Notes: generated by a model from the letters alone, not told the origin. A DNA stretch of 64,000 nt from Octopus vulgaris (GCA_951406725.2 OX597815.1:110360001-110424000); one strand, 5' to 3'. Positions 12,667-25,951 are shown, numbered from the stretch's first letter. Translations and numbers: made by a program.

Positions 12667-12846
12667 GGAGTAAGCAAATAAATGTGAAACAAGGTGGAAA
12701 AAAGAGTACTCAAATACCAGAGGTAGAGTAATATGCTTTATTTAAAAGCAGCAGAAATATAACAATATAACAAAACTGTCTGACGTATGGGAACGTGAAT
12801 CTCTGAGTAACAGCTTTTGTTATTTTTCTGGTCCTTTTAAATAAAC
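12665..12846 (+). mobile_element. Inverted pseudo-LTR pair with degenerate hammerhead
   Basis: CTGT-CTGACGT-ATGggaaCGT-GAAT-CTCtGAG-TA-ACAG (12776-12813); arms ttatttaaaag...aaaactgt / acagctttt...ttttaaataa. Confidence 0.6.
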
Positions 12847-12884
12847 TATACATACATACATACATACATACATACATACATACA

Positions 12885-12916
<32 letters not shown>

Positions 12917-13039
12917 CATATATATATATATATACACAGTCGTGACCAAAAGTTTTGAACTCTTTCTAATTAAAATTTGTTGTGCCCAATGTACGCTCTG
13001 ACCAAATACACTCTGGGCATTTAATATAAAAGTTCTAAT

Positions 13040-14056
13040 TTTCAGACATATGTTTGATTTTTTAACACTTTCTCTCGCAGGAAACCATCACGGTGTTTGA
13101 AAAAGTGGTAGTCGGTAGGGGAAAAGTATGGGAAATGAGTTGGTTCGGGACAAAATTTCGTAGCTAAGTTCCCTCAACTTCTAGAGTGTCATTAGTGGAA
13201 AGTGTGGTCGAGCATTATTATGAAGAATGATTGACCCTATTCTGGTGACCAGTCTGTGACGGAGGTGTAGTAGTTTTTCGTTCATTTTGGCAATTTCATG
13301 GCAAACTGTCTGCAATAGTGGTTTTTCTGGGTTTTAAGAAGTTATAGTGAACACGTCTAGCTGTACACGGCCAAACAGTCACTATAACTTCCTTTTGAAG
13401 AGCTCGAGTTTAGGAAAGGTTTTCGGTGCTTCATTTTGGTCCAACCACTACGAAGAACGTTTTTTACTATTATACAGAATCCACTTTTCATCACAAGTTA
13501 CTGTTCGATAGAGAAAGGGATCGGCGTGGTTACGATGAAGGAAGAAGTGACCATCAAATATCATATCTGCACATTTTCTGATTTTCATTCAAAACGTGTG
13601 ATACCCATTTGTCGAGCTTTTTTGATTTTCCGATCGCATGTAAATGGTTGCAAGCAGTTTTCTGGGTAACTTGAAGTTCTCGAGTGGTTTTAAGTGAATC
13701 TTTCTCAATGTCGGTCTTTAATTGACCGTTATCGATGACAGATGGGAGTACACTACACTCACAATCTGTATATATATATATTTTCGAGCGGACCGCTCAC
13801 TGGTTATTTCCTCACCATAGTTTTACGTCCTTTTTTGAAGTTGAATAGCAAAATTGCTCGAATATCGCGCTTTAACAGTTTCATTTCAGATGATTGTAAC
13901 AGCAGTGAAAAAAGTATCAAAGTTAATTTATTGATGCATTTAGGCAAGCTTATGTCAGCTTTATCAGACAATTGCTAAAAAATGTTTTAAATATTCAGAA
14001 CTCTGCAAAAATTCGGTAGAAATTCTTCATGGTTGCTTCATTTTTACTCAGCCTGA
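13040..14056 (-). pseudogene. Hsmar1/cecropia-like mariner relic
   Basis: Reverse strand MKLLKRDIRAILLFNFKKGRK, LDKWVSHVLNENQK, PFLYRTVTCDEKWILYN, WLDQNEAPKTFPK, ILHNNARPH, SPTDYHFFKH; TA-tcaggctg end at 14056. An unrelated Tc1-like terminus (cagtcgtgaccaaaagt) lies at 12937. Confidence 0.85.
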
Positions 14057-14086
14057 TACACAAACACACACCCACCCACACACACA

Positions 14087-14141
<55 letters not shown>

Positions 14142-14392
14142 GAGGCAGGGGGCTATGTACGTATGAAGTTGCTGGGCTATATGAAAATATACTTATTTTT
14201 AAAATAGACTACGCAGTACATAGGAAGAGATATACAGTAAAATCACCATCTCCATCAATATTTTTACACAGTGGCACGTATACATACACAACAACACACA
14301 GGCACACACATACACACACAAGAATGTGTATATATTTAAGCATATGTATAAACATTTATACATATCTAGGTTTTTGTGAGTGTATAAACATA

Positions 14393-14456
14393 TAAATCCT
14401 TAAATCCTTAAAAACGTTTTAGCCCGAAGGCCGCGGCCATGCTGGGGCACCACTGC
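14393..14456 (-). mobile_element. Very short 3' tail of the CR1-like LINE
   Basis: taaatccttaaatccttaaaa...tagcccgaaggccgcggccatgctggggcaccac, near-identical to 31293-31352. Confidence 0.85.
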
Positions 14457-14521
14457 TATGCATTTTTATGTTTATAACAACGTAACCATTTATCTACATA
14501 TTCATATGTGTATACACATAA

Positions 14522-14575
<54 letters not shown>

Positions 14576-14587
14576 TTTTTCTCTTTC

Positions 14588-14984
14588 TCTTTTTACTTGT
14601 TTCAGTCATTTGACTGCGGCCATGCTGGAGCACCGCCTTTAGTCGAGCAAATCGACCCCGGTACTTATTCTTTGTAAGCCCAGTACTTATTCTATCGGTC
14701 TCTTTTGCCGAACCGCTAAGTGACGGGAACGTAAACACACCAGCATCGGTTGTCAAGCAATGCTAGGGGGACAAACACAGACACACACACATACATAGAT
14801 ATATACATATATGTACATATGCGACAGGCTTCTTTCAGTTTCACTTAGCCAAATCCATTAACAAGACTTTGGTCGGCCCGAAACTATAGTGGAAGACACC
14901 TTGCCCAAGGTACCACGCAGTGGGACTGAACCCGATACCATGTGGTTGCGAAGAATACTTCTTACCACACAGACAAGCCTACGC

Positions 14985-14986
<2 letters not shown>
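14588..14986 (-). mobile_element. SINE family B (tRNA-derived, CORE-like), near full length
   Basis: Head gggttcagtcccactgcgtgg-accttgggcaag, internal microsatellite, tail ggcggtgctccagcatggccgcagtcaaatgactgaaac. Confidence 0.9.
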
Positions 14987-15065
<79 letters not shown>

Positions 15066-15145
15066 ATATATATATATATTATATATATATATGTATATAT
15101 ATACATATATATTTGTACATATATATATGTATATATATATATATA

Positions 15146-15205
<60 letters not shown>

Positions 15206-15249
15206 TATATACATATATATATATATATTTATATATATATATATTGATA

Positions 15250-15420
15250 GAAATGGGAAGGCAACAAAAGAATGAAAGAGACCTTGACATGTAAATAGGG
15301 GAATTTATCTGAAAATGTAATAAGTGACAATTATTCTGTAGCCATGATATAACTCCGAGTTTCGAATATCGGGGTGGAAATCCACGCCGCCAACTCTTCA
15401 GTTATCCGGTCATCGGAAAA
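15250..15420 (-). mobile_element. Pseudo-LTR-like repeat with hammerhead motif (15346-15406)
   Basis: Reverse strand gataa-CTGAAGA-G..cggcgtgga-tt-tccaccccg..C-GAAAC-Tcgg-AGTT-atatc. Confidence 0.6.
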
Positions 15421-15682
15421 AATGCTATGAAAATGACCGTTAAGCAAAGGGAAATTACTGTGTGATTGACCGTTATTAAGACAAAAGGGCTATTTGAATG
15501 ACCGCTAAGTGAGGCGGGGGAGTAAAAGTAAGCGGGTAAATATGAACATAGTATCCGCGTAAGCACGCATGTCTACACCTACACATGCGCGCCCGCACAC
15601 CCACGTACATGCGCCTATAAGTATACTCACATCCACCCTCACTTGAAACATATTCATTCTCACCCACACCATTCACCAAAAA

Positions 15683-15715
<33 letters not shown>

Positions 15716-16002
15716 CCATCCCCCCACACACACACACACGCGCACCAAAAAGGTTCATACGCACGTCTATATACGCACAAGCACAAGAAAAAAGAGGGCT
15801 AAAGGCAACAATACAGAAAGTGTAAAGAAGTATAAAAAAATAAGCAATAAGAGAAAAAACACGTCTATATACGCACATACCTGTATGCACGCACACACAC
15901 GCGCGCATACCCGTACACGTCTATATACGCACACACACACACGTTCTTGTGCATGTGCGTATATATACGTGTGTATGAACTTTTTTGTGCACGGACATAA
16001 CG

Positions 16003-16070
16003 CGAGGCCAGGAATCGAAATCACGACCTTACAGTCGTGGATCGAATACTCTAGCCATCATTCCACGCAC
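16003..16070 (-). mobile_element. tRNA-like SINE head fragment
   Basis: Reverse strand tggctagagt (A-box-like) ... gtcgtgatttcgattcctgg (B-box-like). Confidence 0.5.
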
Positions 16071-16590
16071 CCTCACATTCCCGAATGGTATATCTACGAA
16101 TGAATGAAAGGTATATTTTCGAATGAATGAAAGGGAAATCTAGCTTTGGACAACGGCAAGAAATACAAACTAATATAGCAAAGGATGTAATACGTCACCG
16201 TGCTATATTCACCTTCATTTCCATTATAGCCACGTGGTTAAATATAGTCATTCATATTGATTCTGCTGCTTCACTCGAACTATTTTATCGAACAGGAAAT
16301 GATGAAAGATAAAGTGGTCCTTCGTAGGATTGTAAACTCAGAACATCAAAGAAACAAAACTAAACATTGTATACCATTAACTTTGTTACTAAGTTCTTGC
16401 CAGATGTTTCCATCTATACGACAAAAAACGAACCGAAAGAAAACATTAAAATGATTACATTACAATAAGATCATAAATAACTGCCGTTAAATAGGCACTC
16501 CTATTTCTGCAGGAGAAACAGATGGAGACTTTTTATAAAGACAAATATAAAAACAGCGCGTTTATACTGTGTGCAATATTCATTATTATT

Positions 16591-16794
16591 GAGCTGACGA
16601 ATCGTTAGCACGCCGGGCATATAATGTTTGGCGGCATTTCCTCCGTCGTCATGTTCTGAGTTCGAATTCCGTCGAGGTCGAATTTGCCTTTCATCCTTTT
16701 AGGATTGCTAAATCAACTACCAGTGTTCGGAACACTGGAGTCGATATAAGTGACTAGTCCCCTTCCCGAAAATGTTGTGCCTATAGTAGAAAGG

Positions 16795-16800
<6 letters not shown>
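16591..16800 (+). mobile_element. SINE family A monomer ending in (ATT)n
   Basis: cgttagcacgccggg...gagttcgaattccg...gcctttcatccttt...gtgcctatagtagaaagg(att)n. Confidence 0.8.
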
Positions 16801-16850
<50 letters not shown>

Positions 16851-16926
16851 GAATATTAATATTATTATTATTATTGTTGTTGTTGTTCTATTTGTTGTTG
16901 ATGATGATGACAATAACAGCAGCAAT

Positions 16927-16961
<35 letters not shown>

Positions 16962-16997
16962 AAACAAAAACAACAAAAACAACAACAATAATAATAT

Positions 16998-17535
16998 GCT
17001 CTGATGCAGTACCAGGCAGTGGCTCTCGTGGCTTCTGATCTTAACTGGTTGGAAGTATTATCATGTATATTGTTTTGTCTTGGTATAAAAGATTGGCTAC
17101 AGCAAATATTCTGTTCAATACCTCAGAGTTGCTTGTCAGTTGCTTGACCTTAAACCAGCTGAGCATGTCCCTTATTGGCTGACGATATGTGCATCTCTGA
17201 TCACGAGCAGAAATAGTGGGAGAGCATCATAGCCATGTGTTGAGGGGAGTTCTCGGAGGTTTGGATAATTCACTTTCGGAAACATAGGTGTTTCGTTCAA
17301 CATCCTTAAACAATCCTTATTCAGGGAGCTTTTCAGCGGAATGGGCTTCTCGACCTGAAGAAAATTCCAACTGGGACCCCACCAGCAAGGTCATGCGCTG
17401 TTTATCTTGATATAAGATCACCATGTCGCGCACATATGGTTGTGATGCATGTGCCTGGTGTTCCCTTATGGATATACTGGGCTTCGTATATTTTACCCCA
17501 GTGTCACTTTGATGGCATGCGCTGCTCTCTCACTC
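16998..17535 (+). mobile_element. ~540 bp non-coding element between (AAT/AAC)n and an (AAT)n tail
   Basis: Second copy at 63477-63953 (minus) with the same 5' start. Confidence 0.85.
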
Positions 17536-17605
<70 letters not shown>

Positions 17606-17699
17606 CCAGGCTAACGTTCTTCAAAACGGTTCTGGCTTTAAATGCGGATTATGCGATACCTTTTACGAAACAATAGTCCATCTTGTCTCGGGGTGTCCT

Positions 17700-18190
17700 T
17701 TGCAGACACCAAACGAATACAAAAATCGCCACAATGGGATAGGACAGTATTTACATTGAAAAATATGTAAACACTACAAAATCAACACTCCTGCTTACTG
17801 CTATGAACATCATCCTGAGCTAGTCGTTGAAGGTAAGAATGTCACTATCTTCTGAGATTTTCCAGTCTATACTACAGAACGATCCAGGTTAATCGAGCAG
17901 ACATAATTATTAAATACTTGTAGATTAATAGCTGCACGTGTTCCCACTGATAAAAATATATCTGTAAAAAAATTTGATAAATTAGCAAAAATAAAGACCT
18001 TGAAATTGAAATACAAAAGATGTGGCATTTTAAAGCGGGAACTGTTCCTGCTATTGTAGATACCCTTGATGTGATAAAAAGGGAATTCAGAAACATCTAG
18101 ATAAGATCCCAGGAGAACAATGTCACGAACAAATCCAAAAGATTGTGCTGACAAGTACTGCCTACACTCTAGGAAAAGACCTAACCATTT
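17700..18190 (+). pseudogene. R4/Dong-like RLE domain relic
   Basis: HNGIGQYLH*KICKHY..YEHHPELVVEGKNVTIF*DFPV..NRADIII..VPTDKN..KDLEIEIQKMW. Confidence 0.8.
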
Positions 18191-18299
18191 AAAAGCCTGT
18201 TTTGTATTACATGTATATATATTTCGCTTCTGGTCCTGCCACTTCGCCTCCCCAAGCTCTCAGTTATACAGTAATATCTCTTATCCTTCACGCGCCCTA

Positions 18300-19343
18300 G
18301 GATGTTGAGAGTGTCTCGGCAAGGATTGTTTCAAAAATGTGCCAGGTCTGTATCGAAGGAGAGAAAAACAGCTTAGGGTTGTATATTAAAAATGCCGTGG
18401 AGCCATTTTTGAAAAACTCGAAGAAGATCGGCATGATCAAAACCAAAAGTAATGTGACGAAAGAAAAGTTTAAACAAGAAATAAACAAACAAAAAAAGCA
18501 TGAACATAAAACAATGTACGGTCAGTTTGCAAGAGATGTGCACGCCAAGACGGATATAGAGGACGGGTGGTTATGGAGGAGGTGAAGGAGAAGGAGGAGG
18601 AGGACGACGAGGAGGTGTGACCTGAAGAGAGAGACAGAAGCACTCATATGCGCAGCTCAGGAACAGGCGTTAAGGACCAACTATATGAAATGCAGAATAG
18701 ACAATACTACCGATAGTGAAACAGCATGACACATCGTTAGTGAATGCCCGAAATTGGCACAATACAAATGCAAAAGACACCATGACAAAGTGGCAAGAAC
18801 GATCCATTGAGATCTCTGTGGAAATCACCGTCTACAAAGAGCAGAGACGCGTGGTATGAGCAAACTCAATAAGGAGTCAGTGAAAATGAGAATTGCAAAA
18901 TCCTGTGGGATGTAATGATCCAGTGCGTTCATCCGACCAGACATCGGAAACTGGACATTCTTGTAGTGAAAAGTAAAGAAAGAGCATATATGATAATTGA
19001 CATAGCATGCCCCAGCGACAACAGGATCAATGTGAAAGAACAAAAAAATAAACAACTATAATGATTTGAAGTGGGTAATACAAAAGCTGTGATCAATGAA
19101 AAGAGTATACGTGATATCAATAGTAATTGGTGCACTTGGAAGTATCAGCACTCAACTATCAACATGGCTGAAAAAGATCAGGTGTAAAAGATCAGCTGAA
19201 CAAAATCAGAATTGCTTGGAGCTGCAAGAATTCTTTGCAGGTTTCTTGAAGCATGACCAGTAAACAAGTGTCACCCTAGTCTGCTGGCGTGAGCAGCTGA
19301 CACTTTCCATCATGCCCAACAAAATAAGCTGTGAGTTTTCATA
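18300..19343 (+). pseudogene. R4/Dong-like LINE 3' portion (zinc-finger region plus RLE) with (AAT)n tail
   Basis: MYGQF, DLKRETEALICAAQEQALRTNY, HIVSECPKLAQ, KILWD, RKLDILV, IIDIACPSD, IVIGALGSI. Confidence 0.85.
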
Positions 19344-19354
19344 TAATAAAAATA

Positions 19355-19394
<40 letters not shown>

Positions 19395-19398
19395 TAAC

Positions 19399-19466
<68 letters not shown>

Positions 19467-19468
19467 TG

Positions 19469-19519
<51 letters not shown>

Positions 19520-19521
<2 letters not shown>

Positions 19522-19632
19522 CACTTTCCATACAATAACCATCAGAGCATCACAACAAATCACAGCACCTACCCAAGGCACACAGAGCTGCGCTCGGTAG
19601 TGAAGTGAAAGCACGCTATAAAAATAAAACTA

Positions 19633-19635
<3 letters not shown>
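19520..19635 (+). mobile_element. 5'-truncated Dong-like 3' end in (AAT)n
   Basis: Differs by one base from about 19867-19981. Confidence 0.85.
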
Positions 19636-19686
<51 letters not shown>

Positions 19687-19981
19687 CTGGAAATAGAGGT
19701 AACCAGAATGAGGAATCTAAAAACAGAAACAATTCCTATCATAGTAGGTGCATTAGGCATGATAAAAAAATATTCAGACAAATACATAACAAAAACACCA
19801 GGACTTACAAACACATATAACATACAGAAAATTGCACTACTAGGCACTGCACACATCCTACGCAGAACACTTTCCATACAATAACCATCAGAGCATCACA
19901 ACAAATCACAGCACCTACCCAAGGCACACAGAGCTGCGCTCGGTAGTGAAGTGAAAGCACGCAATAAAAATAAAACTACTG
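19687..19981 (+). mobile_element. 5'-truncated Dong-like LINE in (AAT)n with intact C-terminal frame
   Basis: LEIEVTRMRNLKTETIPIIVGALGMIKK...IQKIALLGTAHILRRTLSIQ*, 3' UTR, (AAT)n on both sides. Confidence 0.85.
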
Positions 19982-19994
19982 AATAATAATAATG

Positions 19995-20061
<67 letters not shown>

Positions 20062-20086
20062 TAATAACAATAATAATAATAATAGA

Positions 20087-20395
20087 GAATAGGAAGCCAG
20101 ACAGTCTTAATTGATAAAGAAAACAAACTATGCTAGTTCATAAATATAGCAATCCCAGCTGATAAGAAGGTATGCTATAAGGAAGAAAGAAAAGTTGAGA
20201 GATATGACAATTTAGCCTGGGAAGTTAAGAAGTTGTGGTCGATGAAAAAGGTAGCAGTAGTACCAATAATAGACGGAGCCCTGGGAACAGCGAGCAAAAA
20301 TGTCGAGAAGTACGTGGAAGAAATAGGGGCTGCAATAAGGGTCAAGCACTTGCAGAAAACAGCACTGCTTGGAACCGCTCGAATACGCCGAATAG
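20087..20395 (+). pseudogene. R4/Dong-like RLE fragment
   Basis: NRKPDTVLIDK..INIAIPADKK..YDNLAWEVKKLW..VPIIDGALG..LQKTALLGTARI. Confidence 0.85.
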
Positions 20396-22207
20396 TGTAA
20401 ATGAGAAGCATTTCGGATTTGTGCCAGACAGGGGCACGACTGATACTATATTCCTGATTAGGCAACGACGGGAGAAATATCTAGCCAAAAATAAACCCCT
20501 GTACCTGGCTTTTGTTGACATGGAGAAAGCCTTTGACAGCGTTCCTCGCTCCTTTATCTGGTGATCAATATGTAGCTAGGGAAAGACGAGTGATTGGTGA
20601 GTGCTGTACAAGCCATGTACAGAAATGCTGTCAGTAAGCTGAAGGTTAGCAACAAGTATAGCGATGAATTTAGGATGCAAGTAGGGGCTCGCCAAGAATC
20701 AGTCCTCATCCCCATCTTATTTAACATAATCCTCCAGGCAATAACAAGAATTTAAGACGAGCTGCTCCTGGGAGCTCCTCTATGCTGATGACATTGTTTT
20801 TATTGCTGAATGGCTATCAGAACTAAAGAAGAAATTTCAGACGAGGAAGCAAGGTCTAGAATCAGAGGGCCTTAGAGTTAATCTAGCAAAAGCCAAAGCC
20901 TTAGTAAGCACGAGAGCAAATAAATCACAAATCCCTTCCGGTAGATGGCCCTGCTCGATCTGTGGTAAAGGCGTAGGTAGAAACTCCATAAAATATAACC
21001 GGTGTAAGCTATGGACATGTAATAGGTGCAGAATTATCAGAGGAAAGTTAACAGGAAATATAGTTTTTGCTTGTGAAAGGTGCACAGGTACAATTAACAC
21101 TAAAAGTGTACAGAAAATAAACTCCATAAAATGCCAAGGCAAAAAAACTAGAAGTAGTTGATAGCTTCCATTAGCTAGGTGACAAAGTCAGTAGCGAGAA
21201 TAGGCTGGGCAAAGTTCAGAGAGCTCTTACCTCTGTTGGTAACAAAGGGCCTCTCCCTCAGAGTGAAAGACAGATTGTATGATGACTGTGTGCAAACAGC
21301 CATACTATACAGCAGTGAAACATGAACTATGACCGTCGATGATAGGTATAGGCTTTTAAGAAATGATGACAGTATGCTTTGCTTCATGTATAATGTCAGT
21401 ATGCATACAGGACTGAGTGTAAACGTCTTGAGAGAAAAGTTGGGCGTAAGTGGCATCAGATGTAGTGTTCAAGAGAGACGACTGCACTCATGTGGTCATG
21501 TGATGCGTATGGACGATGAGAGCTGTATGAACAAGTACCACGCTCTAACGGTGGAGGGAACCTGTGGAAGAGGTAGACCCAAGAAGACATAGGACGAGGT
21601 GGTGAAGCATGAACTTCGCATATTGAGCTTCACGGATGCAATGACAAGTGACCGAGACCTTTGGCGATATGCTGTGCTTCAGAAGACCTGTCAAGCCAAG
21701 TGAAATCGTAGTCATGGCTGATGCCAGTGTCGCGTAACTGGTACGTAAATAGCTCCCTACGAACGTTGTGCAATATGCTGTGCTTGAAAAGACCTGTCAA
21801 GCTATGTGATATCGCAGTCCTGGTCGATGTCAGTTTCGTGTGATTGGTACAGGTGCCAGTGGGACGTAAAAAGCACCGTTCGGACGTTGGACCTAATGGA
21901 GGCAATGACATAACCGAGATCTCTGGAGATATACCTACTTGAGAAGACCTGTCAAGCCAATTGAGATCGTAGTTGTGACCTTTACCGGTGTCACGTAACT
22001 GGCACCCGTGCCAGTGGCACGTAAAAAGCACCCACTGCAGTCTTGGAGTAGTTGGTGTTAGGAAGGGCATCCAGCCGTAGTAACTATGCCAAATCAGACT
22101 GAAACCTGGTGCAGCTCTTTGGCTTACCAGTTCTCAGTCAAACCGTCCAACCCATGCCAGAATAGAAAATGGACGTTAAATGATTATGATGAGGATGATA
22201 ATGATGA
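20396..22207 (+). mobile_element. 5'-truncated RTE-clade LINE (RT pseudogene plus 3' UTR)
   Basis: FGFVPDRGTTDTIFLIRQ, AFVDMEKAFDSVPR, LLYADD, LRVNLAK, GHVMRMD, GRGRPKKT; tail aggaagggcatccagccgta...ggacgttaaatgat(gat)n. Confidence 0.9.
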
Positions 22208-22522
22208 TATACATTCACAAGCACTCGCATGTAGGTGCATACAGATACACGCATACATATGCATACATACATGCATACACATACACACGTATATATATGG
22301 TGGGGTGCATATGCGCGTGCGTGTTTGGCGAAATATAAAGTATGTTACGTAACACCTCACAAAATAAGCTGCAATAACAAAAACAGTACAACAAAGCAAA
22401 TCATGAGAAAAAATTCCGTAGCAACAACAGCAATATTAATTGTAAAACAACCACTATCAGATTATATTTACTGTTAATATTATTTGCATTGCTAACTATT
22501 TCATTATTAAGAATAGTGCATC

Positions 22523-22557
<35 letters not shown>

Positions 22558-22802
22558 TGTCATTATCAATATCATTAATACAATCATTACAATCCCTCAC
22601 ATTCTCTCCTCTTACCTTCCTCGTTTTCTTAAATCAAAATCATCACCACAGTTGTCGTTCTAGTTTTCATTAAATAATGCTTTTTTAATTAGACATGCAA
22701 TAATTGAGTTTCAATTCAAACGACACGGCGAATAGCTGGCATTTTGCATTCCGCTATGCAGTTATGTATAAAAGAATATCTGGAGCGGTTCCTTCGAAAT
22801 TA

Positions 22803-22876
<74 letters not shown>

Positions 22877-23249
22877 AACAACAAAACCAATCGCAATATT
22901 ATTATTGTTGTACTTTTCTTGTTTCAAAGGCAGGTAAAGACGTTTCTTTTGACAGCTTCAGAAAATTGGAGCCTCACTAAGAACGGTTTCTAGGCATATT
23001 ATATATTATTTCGTATGTATTTGTATTCTCAAAGTGGCTTCTCATTCTACAGAAGCGTAGAAATACTCCCAAAAGTGTAACAATGAACGGCAGAATAGTG
23101 TACAAACAAACGGAAAACGATAGAAACATATCCAATTAAATAAGGGGACAGATACAGTTTTTTAAAAAAGAAAAAAAAAACAACGTACAATATGATTTGC
23201 AAGCGATTCTAAATAAAGTGAAGTTTAGATATATTTCAATGAGCGGAAA

Positions 23250-24050
23250 ATCAAACATGGTTACGGTATGTCGTTAGTCAACGACGAGCAAGTAGGAACA
23301 TAACATCATCGCTTCATAAACGAAGGAAGCGGTTTTTCAACTGCCTTTAGAAGAAAACTAAAAGGAAATCCTTAATGATTCATGGAATCATGCACAAATA
23401 CAAGAAAATAATGAACACGAAGTTAACTGGAAATACTAAACAGTTGGATCGAATATGCAGGGACATGCAGTTCCTGATGACTGATAAAGACCACAGAACA
23501 AGCAGAGCAGAAATTTCAGCTGTTTCACTGGCGGAAATATGAGACATTTATGTGCTTTCTGCTCAAACAATCTAAAATGCAAAGAAAGTAGACAACGTAA
23601 GAGGCAGCAACAACAAAAGCAAGTCTCAGAATCTTCTATTTCCAGAACGTCACGAGTCACATGGCTGTTTAAACGTTTGAAACTCGGAAGATAGCAAAAG
23701 AGATCACCTATTTTCCTTGCTATAAGCCGAAGACTAAACGTCCCGGAATTCAGCCACATACAATTGTTCTAAACAACGTCTTGGAAAATGTGGCGGAGAA
23801 TCAGAAGTAGCAAATCGTTGAAGATATTGAAAAAGTAAAGAAAAATACTCCTCCACCATCAAAAACAAAAGCAAAATAAAATGCCAGCAGACACTGCGAA
23901 GTGGAGAGCATTCCATTCGTGGAAATTATGATGGTCATCGGGATTTAAACGAGGAATTACAACCGTGTTTCGTGGTCTGCTACCACAACAGCTCCTTTAT
24001 AGGATCCAGTTAGCTCAAGACATCATCAGGAGGAACCACGTCCGGTTTCG
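23250..24050 (+). pseudogene. Possible decayed LINE ORF1 (gag-like) sequence
   Basis: Purine-rich; near 23520 reads SCFTGGNMRHLCAFC, like an eroded CCHC knuckle; many stops. Confidence 0.3.
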
Positions 24051-25579
24051 GCCCCTACTCCTCTACGTGGCGCCCCCCTCCCTTTCGGAGGTGTCTTCAG
24101 CTCTGGAAAAGACACCTCCGAAATCTAGAAATATTTAGAAGAAATCAAATTCATATCTGTACGGAAATGGACTCCGTTTATGCAGTGTCAAAAGATGACC
24201 ACTGGTGATAAATAGTTTTACTAGAAAGATGTACGTTCTTTTTTTATTATTCACTTTGATAACTGTACGGCTTCGAGGATATGTCAGGACCAACTATTTT
24301 CAAATATGCATGTATGTAAATTACGTATGTATGTATAATTTTTTAAAAAGTTAATTCAAGTCCCTCTTGAGAGAGTTCAAGCCGGTTGCTAGAAAAGCGA
24401 CTAGACTTTCTGAGTTAAGAGAGTTCGCGGTGTTTCTAAATATGTGTTAAGTTGGTGAACTGTCGGTTGAACTGTCGATGCATACATCCAAGAGCGTGCA
24501 TTTATTCACATAAGAATCTCAAATGGAGAAATTTTGGAATGTCTTATGTATGCATTTATATACATACAGTAGTTGTTTGCTAACGATGCTACTCAAAATG
24601 AAATTTTCGATAGATCTCAGCTGCTGGAGTTAAAAGTAACTTAGCAGTGATATGTCAGTATGACAGCGAGTCTTTTCCTGAGATAGTTGCCCATTAAGGA
24701 AAAATGAGAAAGGGAAACACATTACTGCTTCGCTAACGAAGAATGAAATTAGTTACACTCAGGAACCTGTGATAACATTTACTTATTTGCATAATGTTAA
24801 TTCAAACATCCATAACCGCACATCTTTCAGATATATATTGGGTGACTGGCTACCACACAGGCCAGTCTCCTCAAAACCAAGCGAAATTGGACACTGATGA
24901 AGCTATTAGATGGATAATTGCTAAAACATCAATTTCATAGGTCAGCAGATCAAGTTGCAGGTTTAAAATAACACAAATGACAAGTATATATATAAAATCT
25001 CTGGGAAATGCATGAACTCCGGAAAGGAAATGTTCGCAACATATATAGCCAGACACAGTTGAAAGTTACGCTTTTACTAGATAAGTCTCTATGCTAGTGA
25101 ATACCAGACAACGTTCGTTATGGTTAAACACGTATAAAATTTATTTATCTTTTTCAAACTGTTCTGTCTTTCCTTAACTCTGATTGTGCTTATTATCTGA
25201 ATAGAGATATAACAAACACGCGCGCACGTGTACATGATTAATCTGTGAGTGCACGTGCATTTGTTTATATATTTTCAAATTTCTTTACAAATTTTACGAT
25301 TATCAATTATTTATATTAAAACTTCAAGGAATTTATTTGACGTTCAAAACATCCAAGTTATCTCACTTCATATATTTATGCAATATTAGGTTCAGGCTTT
25401 TAAAACTGATAATGGGGTCGATTTATTTGACTTAACTCTTCAAAACCATGTTCAAATGGCTGAAACATGTGAAAGATAAAAGATATATTTTCTTTTTAGC
25501 TGTTCATTCTTGTTCCTTTGCGGTAACAGTACTGGTTCTCGTCTAATTAAATTATTAAGCCAAACAAAAGCTACCCTCA

Positions 25580-25901
25580 CTTTATGTATATAGGTATGAA
25601 TTTGTGCTTTATTTATCGATACTATTTGTATGAAAGGCAGAGCGCAAAGTGCCGGAACAGATTTTGTTGGTTTGCCATCCGACACTCAAACAGCTTTGAT
25701 AATTCAACGCCTATAATCAATTAAAAAAGAAGTGTAACTAAGCATATGGTTTTACATTTACATACCGCAAGACACACTCACACACTCATATATGTAAAAC
25801 ATACATACATTTATACACACACACACATATATATGTGTGTGTGTGTGTGTGTATGTGTGTGTATATGTATTTATATATATATATATATGTATATATATAT
25901 G

Positions 25902-25951
<50 letters not shown>

